Below are positions 58,135 through 64,000 of a DNA stretch of 64,000 nucleotides, piece by piece. How positions within the stretch are numbered: the first letter of the stretch is position 1; each line of letters begins with the position of its first letter. The stretch is taken from the NCBI GenBank assembly GCA_041650995.1, contig JBAZJZ010000001.1, positions 227,166 to 291,165 of the forward strand, given 5' to 3'. This stretch comes from Patescibacteria group bacterium. Its GTDB lineage: Bacteria; Patescibacteriota; Patescibacteriia; XYB2-FULL-38-15. The notes beneath the pieces were generated by a model. It was not told the origin of the DNA, made no database searches, and saw only the letters and a program-made list of their open reading frames with translations. The position numbers and the translations under genes are program-made.

Positions 58135-58545
58135 TTATTTAACAAATAAATGATTTTTTAATATTCTAAATTTATTTTTTAAACTACTGTCAAAAACCAT
58201 ATCTTCTGCTTCAAGAATAAAACCGCCAATTAAACTCGGGTCAACCTCTTTTGTAATATTTATTTTTTTAAAACTTTTTTTCAAAATAGTGGGAGCTGAT
58301 TGTTTTATTTTCTCCATTAAATCTTCTTTAATCGGTTCCGCACTTTTTATTTTTAAATCCACAATTCCTTCTGCATGATTAGCATATTTTATAAAGTACT
58401 CGATAATTTGCGGAGCAAAACGAAACGCATTATTTTTTGCGAGCGTCTTTATAAAATTGCCCAAAATACTCCGCACCTTTTCTTTGGGTGCGTCTTTTAC
58501 TGCTTCATACAGGGCAATCGCGTATTGTTTGGGTTTTATTTTCAT
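58135..58545 (-). CDS. atpH: ATP synthase delta (OSCP) subunit, short
   Basis: Position between atpF and atpA. Confidence 0.7.
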   Translation of the reverse strand: MKIKPKQYAIALYEAVKDAPKEKVRSILGNFIKTLAKNNAFRFAPQIIEYFIKYANHAEGIVDLKIKSAEPIKEDLMEKIKQSAPTILKKSFKKINITKEVDPSLIGGFILEAEDMVFDSSLKNKFRILKNHLFVK

Positions 58546-58552
58546 AAATCAA

Positions 58553-59053
58553 CTATTTTTTATCAACTTCTCGTAGGGTTTCTTCTATCAAACTTTTTTG
58601 TGCTTTTATATCAATTGTTTTACCAATTATTTTTTCTGCCACAGCTATAACCATCTCTGCCGCTTCTTTTTTAACTTCAGCCATCATCTTTATTTTCTCC
58701 TCGATCATTTGATTTTTTGCGACGGTAATTAGCTTTTCCACCTCAGCCTTTGTTTTAAGTTTTGTTTCCGCCCCAGCCACTTCAGCGCGCTTCCCCGCTT
58801 CTTCAATAATTCCTTTCGCTTCCTGCTTAGCTTTTTGAATTTCTGCGGCCTGAAGTTCTTTAGTTTTTTCCAATTCTACTCCAAGCTGTTCGGCGTCACG
58901 CAGGCCTTTTTCAATTTTTTCTTTTCGTCCCTCGAGCATTTTTAAAAGCGGTTTGTATAAAAATTTATACAAAATCAAAACCAAAATCAAAAAATTTACA
59001 AGTTGGGCGATTAAAAGTCGCCAATCAATGCCAAGTTTTTCTAATAATTCCAT
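58553..59053 (-). CDS. atpF: Fo ATP synthase b subunit
   Basis: N-terminal TM followed by a long charged helix. Confidence 0.75.
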   Translation of the reverse strand: MELLEKLGIDWRLLIAQLVNFLILVLILYKFLYKPLLKMLEGRKEKIEKGLRDAEQLGVELEKTKELQAAEIQKAKQEAKGIIEEAGKRAEVAGAETKLKTKAEVEKLITVAKNQMIEEKIKMMAEVKKEAAEMVIAVAEKIIGKTIDIKAQKSLIEETLREVDKK

Positions 59054-59116
59054 ATTTTTAATATTAGTTCAAAGTTTTAAGTCCACGGCTTTTTGCCATG
59101 GACTCCGAACCGTGGA

Positions 59117-59401
<285 letters not shown>

Positions 59402-59481
59402 TCATCCACTTTCGACGGAAATTTTTTTATTTAACGTCGGCGATTTACTGTCGTTATGTTAATTAATGATAAATAAATGAA

Positions 59482-60288
59482 TTAATGCGCTTCATGTTCC
59501 TCGTGTTCATGTTCCGTGACTGCCATTTTTAGAAATACTAAAGTTAACATCGCAAAAACCAAAGCTTGAACAAATCCCACAAAAATTTCCAAAAATAAAA
59601 ATGGCAAAGGCACAATATATGGTACGAGAAAACTAACTACTGTCAATAAAACTTCTCCGGCAAAAATATTTCCGAAAAGCCGAAAAGAAAAAGAAACAAA
59701 TTTCGCTAGTTCGGCAATTAATTCTAAAAAACCGGCAAAAAAATTAATAATTCCGTTAAAAGAAGGAACCGGTAAAAATCCGTATTTTATTTTAAATAAA
59801 CCGCCGAAGGGAAGAAATTTTTTTCCATATTTCCAAAGACCAATTCCAGCAATGCCGAAAATTTGAGTAGAAATTACAGAAACAATGGCGATCGCCAAAG
59901 TAACATTCAAATCAGCCGAAGCCGAACGAATAAAGGGAACTAAAATTGTTTTTCCGTGATGTTCTTCCCAAATGCCTATCGTCCCAAGTCCTGGAACAAT
60001 TTCAATCCAATTAGATAAAATTACAAAAATAAAAATTGTAAAAACTATCGGGAAAAATTTTTTGGCCTGTTTCCGGTCGCCCGTGATTGTTTCCATAAAA
60101 CTTAACGCCCCCTCCACAACTGTTTCCACAACATTTTGTAATCCTCTCGGTACTTCTTTTAAATTTTTTCGTACTACTAGCGCGATGATTATCAAAAATA
60201 AAATTATTACCCAAGCTACGAGCAAAGTATTTGTAACGGGAAAACTGCCGATATGGAAAATTGGTTCCGCGGCAAGGGAAATATTCAT
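59482..60288 (-). CDS. atpB: Fo ATP synthase a subunit
   Basis: LRLFGNIFAGE. Confidence 0.85.
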   Translation of the reverse strand: MNISLAAEPIFHIGSFPVTNTLLVAWVIILFLIIIALVVRKNLKEVPRGLQNVVETVVEGALSFMETITGDRKQAKKFFPIVFTIFIFVILSNWIEIVPGLGTIGIWEEHHGKTILVPFIRSASADLNVTLAIAIVSVISTQIFGIAGIGLWKYGKKFLPFGGLFKIKYGFLPVPSFNGIINFFAGFLELIAELAKFVSFSFRLFGNIFAGEVLLTVVSFLVPYIVPLPFLFLEIFVGFVQALVFAMLTLVFLKMAVTEHEHEEHEAH

Positions 60289-60294
60289 ACTTAT

Positions 60295-60579
60295 TTATTT
60301 TTGTTCAGTTTTTTCAGATTTTACCTTTTCGGAATCTGCCGTTCCTAAAATTTTTATTGTCTTAAAATAAACAGCAAAAGTTGAAATAACTAAAGATAAA
60401 AGCACTCCGGCCAATAAAAGCCAAGGTGAAGTGTCAAATCTTTTATCTAAAATTCTACCGAGCAAAGCAAGAAGAACTAACGGAACAGCAATAGAATAAC
60501 CAAGTTGCCAAGCCAGAGACAGCGCATACCAAACCTGACTTTTTTCTTTTGTTTTTTGGGAAGTTTCTAGCTTATCCAC
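60295..60579 (-). CDS. AtpZ/AtpI-like small membrane protein
   Basis: Two TM helices at the head of the atp operon. Confidence 0.5.
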   Translation of the reverse strand: MDKLETSQKTKEKSQVWYALSLAWQLGYSIAVPLVLLALLGRILDKRFDTSPWLLLAGVLLSLVISTFAVYFKTIKILGTADSEKVKSEKTEQK

Positions 60580-60619
60580 AGGTTTAATTTTTACTTAATC
60601 TTAATTTAAATATTTAGGT

Positions 60620-60648
60620 ATTCTAGAACATTTTTAAAAAATGGTCAA
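60620..60648 (-). promoter_or_regulatory. promoter TTGACC-17-TAGAAT on the minus strand for the atp operon
   Basis: Seen in sequence. Confidence 0.4.
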
Positions 60649-60649
60649 T

Positions 60650-60695
60650 GCTTTTTAAAAAAAATAGGGGGCCGCCAGAGATGGCAGGCCCCCTC
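60650..60695 (-). terminator. minus-strand terminator GGGGGCC..GGCCCCC for cassette G
   Basis: An A-run on the + strand gives a T-run on the - strand. Confidence 0.5.
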
Positions 60696-60703
60696 ATAGG
60701 GAA

Positions 60704-61798
60704 CTATCGAAAATGGGCTGCGTTGCATGCCCACCTCGCGTATCCCTCCCACACGGGTGAACATTCCAGTCCTCCTTCCTTGAGTAGCTGAATGAACTTC
60801 TTCCTTCGATTTTTGGACGGAGGAAGAAGGCTGATTTTGCTTGCGCCACATTCTGGGTTGATTCGCGAGATCCTCACCAAGATGTGCCTTCTCTGGGAAT
60901 GGAGTAAGCGGATTAATTTTTCCGCGTGAGAATCGGAATCGTTAACCCCTTGAATCAGTGCGTAGTGGATCACGAACTTTACGCGTACTGCTTCTGCGTA
61001 CGCTGTTCCTAGATCCACAATTTCCTGAACGGGGTCCCTGGCAGGAATGAAGTGTCTCCGTTCTTCATCAGTAGGAAAATGCATGGAGAAGCGGAGTTGG
61101 ACGCGGTACTCGTCGCAGAACCTCACGTCATTGAGCATCTGCTGGATACCACTCGCAATGCCTGATGTGCAGAGAGAGAAGAATACTTGAACGCCACGCT
61201 TGGCAAAAATCTCATCAAGTCTCGTAACGGTCTCCTTTACGGCCTCATACCGCAAGAGTGGCTCACCGGCAGCCGAGAAGGAAATCACGAGACACTTCCT
61301 CTCTCTTCTCCAGAAGCGGTTTGCGAGTGGCGATTTCCTGAGGATCAAGCCAATCAAGTTCAACATTTCGAATGGGCTGAGGTGATAACAGGAGGTAAAC
61401 CTCCCAATGTCACAGAACGAGCAACCACCCTGCCAACCTTGCTTCCTGCCCCACGCGGCCAATTCACAACCGCAGGACACTGGCACCTGAAGATTGGCGT
61501 GAACCCGCTTGTAGGGCAGATCCCGATAGATGATCGGCGTAATATTACGCCTCGTGACTCTCGCCCACAATTCTTCAGCTCCGGGTCGATCGTTAGAACC
61601 CTGGATGAGGCTCCGGTTTCTCACGATTTCCAGATCCTTACCTCCAAGTTCGCAGAGGATTTCGGCCCTCTTGCGGCATTCTTCTCTGGATTCCATTTCT
61701 TCACCATATGGCTCCACTTTTTCTCTGTAATCCACCCTCCGGCTATTCCCTAAGTGGTCCGCCGAAATTCGTCTTCCTGACGTTCTTCGGTAGACCAC
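60704..61798 (-). CDS. radical-SAM-like enzyme with a CX14CX2C cluster motif and GEPLL, GC-rich (cassette G). The start is uncertain: GTG at 61798, or in-frame ATG at about 61696.
   Basis: CELAAWGRKQGWQGGCSFCDIG and ISFSAAGEPLL. The rest of the window is AT-rich. Confidence 0.5.
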   Translation of the reverse strand: MVYRRTSGRRISADHLGNSRRVDYREKVEPYGEEMESREECRKRAEILCELGGKDLEIVRNRSLIQGSNDRPGAEELWARVTRRNITPIIYRDLPYKRVHANLQVPVSCGCELAAWGRKQGWQGGCSFCDIGRFTSCYHLSPFEMLNLIGLILRKSPLANRFWRRERKCLVISFSAAGEPLLRYEAVKETVTRLDEIFAKRGVQVFFSLCTSGIASGIQQMLNDVRFCDEYRVQLRFSMHFPTDEERRHFIPARDPVQEIVDLGTAYAEAVRVKFVIHYALIQGVNDSDSHAEKLIRLLHSQRRHILVRISRINPECGASKISLLPPSKNRRKKFIQLLKEGGLECSPVWEGYARWACNAAHFR

Positions 61799-61835
61799 TT
61801 AATCTTTAAATTTAAATTAAAGAACCCGAAAGATT

Positions 61836-61863
61836 ATCTTATAACATTTACACTATTTGTCAA
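61836..61863 (-). promoter_or_regulatory. promoter TTGACA-16-TAAGAT on the minus strand for cassette G. The -35 overlaps the histidine kinase stop codon.
   Basis: Seen in sequence. Confidence 0.4.
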
Positions 61864-63848
61864 CCATCTCCAAACTCGATTTTTTTATTCGGTAAGCGAA
61901 TAAAAAATTGACTACCCTCCCCCACTTTGCTTTGAACGTCAATAATCCCCCCGTGAGCTTCTGTAATTGATTTACAAATTGCCAATCCGAGCCCGCTGCC
62001 ACCAATTTTTTCTCTGGTACGAACTTTATTAACGCGATAAAATCTTTCAAAAATAAACGGCAATTCATCTTCGGGGATACCGATGCCGTTATCCGCAATA
62101 ATCACCTTAATTTCTTCGGCATTATTTTCCGCCGAAAGGCGGACCCGGCCATTGTTTTTTCCATATTTGATTGCATTAGATATCAAGTTCAACAATAATT
62201 TCAAAAATTTATTTTCATCAATCATGGCATTCACCCCGCTATTGACATTCACTTCTATTTTTATATTTTTTTCTTTAGCCAAGATTTCCATTGACTGAGC
62301 CGCTGTTTTTAAAAGATTTTCTAAATTTACGGTAGTTTTTTTAATATTAAGTTTTCCAGATCCGGCATGCGTTAAAACCATCAAATCAGCAAGAATTCCA
62401 GACATTCGCTCAACCTCCTCATCAATACTTTTTAAAGTTTCCTTGAGGTCCTTCACCTTCACTTTCTCGTCCAAAAGAGCAATATCAAGATTTCCTTTCA
62501 TGATGGTAAGTGGCGTTCTAAGCTCGTGTGATGCATCGGCAATAAATTGAGACTTCAACTCAATTGATTTTTCTAATTTTTGATTGGCAATCTTCAACTC
62601 TTCTGTTCTTAGCTGGACTTTCTCTTCCAAATTTTTATTTAAATCTTTTACCCTTTCATACAACTGACTATTAGAAATCGCCACCGCCGCACTATTAGCC
62701 AGAGTGACCATCAATTCCGCATCCTCGTCCTTAAATCTTCCTGTTTCATCACTATCAATTTTTATAATGCCGATAACCTCCTTTTCTAAAATAATCGGCA
62801 CGGCGAGTTCTGATTTAATATTTTCAATCTCTGGCCGGCTAATAAAATATGGATCATTTTTAAGATCATTACTATAATATGGCTGCTTGATAAAAGCGGC
62901 ATGGCCGCAAAGTCCTTGCCCAACTTTGATACGAACATTTTGCCAACCAGCAGGCATATTATATGCCTCTTTAATAACTAAGTCATCCCTATTTTCAAGC
63001 ATTAAAACAGCGCCGCTGACCGCGTTCGTCAATTTTACCGCGTTCCGAAGAATTAGCCAAAGAACTTCTTCCAGGTTCAACACAGAATTGATCGCTCTTG
63101 ATATTTGGTCTATTAAGTGAATCTGTTTAACTTTATTTCGTACCTGTTCCAAGGCAATAAATGTTTCGGTGTTGTCTTGAGCAACCGAGATAGCTCCCTC
63201 TACTTCACCCTTTTTATTTTTAAGTGGTACGGCGTAAAAATTTAAAAATTTTCTTGGAATCCAGGAACTGCGTGTGTAGTTAATATACTGAAATGATTCG
63301 CCGTTTTTTAATAAATTGTTATATCTAGATTGGAGCTCCTCTGATTCGTACACAAAACCAAAATTAAAAATACTCTTACCTATTTTCTCCGATACCAACT
63401 TCCCTGAAAGTTCGGTAAAGTATGGATTAGCTGAGATAACTTCACCTTTTTTATTAAGAGTTAAAATACTGACGGGAACATTTTCTAAAATCTTTTCGTA
63501 TTCTTCTTTTCGCCGCTGAAGTTCTTTTTCCAAAATATTTTTTTTTCTAAGAGCGACTCGGCCACTACAGTATAAGTAAGAACTTGCAATAAGCGCTGAA
63601 ACAACAAGGGCGACCCAAAAATAATTTACTATTTGAAAAAGAGAAATTCCTAAATTAAAAGGTTTGACATCTTCCCAAAAAGCAAACTGGTGATGGGTGT
63701 ATTGATATATAAAATAAAAAATTCCCAGCACTAAGCCAATGCTGGAAAGAAAATAAAATGAAAAATAATCGGAGAGATGAGACCCCGCCTTTTCGCAAGC
63801 AACTCTGCAGGATTCCACCAAATCAGTTTTTGATTTAGGTTTTAACAT
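61860..63848 (-). CDS. sensor histidine kinase with 2 TM, PAS, GAF, HisKA and HATPase_c domains
   Basis: ADASHELRTPL H-box and GSGLGLAICKSI G2-box. Confidence 0.85.
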   Translation of the reverse strand: MLKPKSKTDLVESCRVACEKAGSHLSDYFSFYFLSSIGLVLGIFYFIYQYTHHQFAFWEDVKPFNLGISLFQIVNYFWVALVVSALIASSYLYCSGRVALRKKNILEKELQRRKEEYEKILENVPVSILTLNKKGEVISANPYFTELSGKLVSEKIGKSIFNFGFVYESEELQSRYNNLLKNGESFQYINYTRSSWIPRKFLNFYAVPLKNKKGEVEGAISVAQDNTETFIALEQVRNKVKQIHLIDQISRAINSVLNLEEVLWLILRNAVKLTNAVSGAVLMLENRDDLVIKEAYNMPAGWQNVRIKVGQGLCGHAAFIKQPYYSNDLKNDPYFISRPEIENIKSELAVPIILEKEVIGIIKIDSDETGRFKDEDAELMVTLANSAAVAISNSQLYERVKDLNKNLEEKVQLRTEELKIANQKLEKSIELKSQFIADASHELRTPLTIMKGNLDIALLDEKVKVKDLKETLKSIDEEVERMSGILADLMVLTHAGSGKLNIKKTTVNLENLLKTAAQSMEILAKEKNIKIEVNVNSGVNAMIDENKFLKLLLNLISNAIKYGKNNGRVRLSAENNAEEIKVIIADNGIGIPEDELPFIFERFYRVNKVRTREKIGGSGLGLAICKSITEAHGGIIDVQSKVGEGSQFFIRLPNKKIEFGDG

Positions 63849-63905
63849 ATTTAAACCTATCCTAAATTATTCATTTAAAAGACTTCTGATAGTTATTAAT
63901 TCAAT

Positions 63906-64000
63906 TTTACCGAGGCTCCTGAATTATCTTATAACCAACATTACGAACAGTTTTAATCAGCTGTAACGGAAAATCCCCGTCAATTTTTTTTCTTAAATTA
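63906..64000 (-). CDS. response regulator, C-terminal fragment of an OmpR-type winged helix, truncated by the window end
   Basis: The reverse complement encodes ..QLIKTVRNVGYKIIQEPR*. Confidence 0.5.

Overview
This 64 kb window is an AT-rich (about 33-38% GC), gene-dense bacterial chromosome segment with mostly short intergenic regions. The gene content fits a small-genome, CPR/Patescibacteria-like or similar low-GC organism, but that assignment is inference only. The native backbone on the + strand carries queA, a Wzx-like flippase and a GT4 glycosyltransferase, a UvrD/PcrA-like helicase-nuclease, a DUF721 (DciA-like) protein, proS, mreB-mreC-mreD-mrdA, greA, lysS, an HD-domain protein, a small nucleotidyltransferase, serS, alr, an ftsQ-like gene, an AmmeMemoRadiSam radical SAM gene, clpB behind a CIRCE operator, AmmeMemoRadiSam B and A genes, a degenerate priA, def and fmt. 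On the - strand it carries an integrase module, panD, two CaCA antiporters, a PD40 lipoprotein, a GNAT, an M23 peptidase, gltX, a WecB/TagA transferase, thpR, an O-antigen-ligase-like protein, two GT2 genes, a full F1Fo ATP synthase operon (atpZ-B-E-F-H-A-G-D-C), a PAS/GAF histidine kinase and the start of a response regulator. The most striking feature is a set of at least ten sharply bounded GC-rich (about 55-60% GC) islands inserted between these genes. Each is a self-contained expression cassette: a near-consensus sigma70 promoter (TTGACA/TTGACT, 16-17 nt spacer, TAnnnT), a strong AAGGAGG Shine-Dalgarno, one to four GC-rich ORFs of unknown function, and a GC-clamped intrinsic terminator. 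Notable cases are a four-gene operon led by a multi-zinc-ribbon protein, a three-gene small membrane-protein operon with a separate peptide or sRNA unit, a GC-rich beta-carbonic-anhydrase-like gene sitting next to its AT-rich native paralog, and a radical-SAM-like gene with a CX14CX2C cluster motif. I found no rRNA, tRNA or CRISPR array. Coordinates of non-ORF features were derived by eye and may be off by 1-2 nt.
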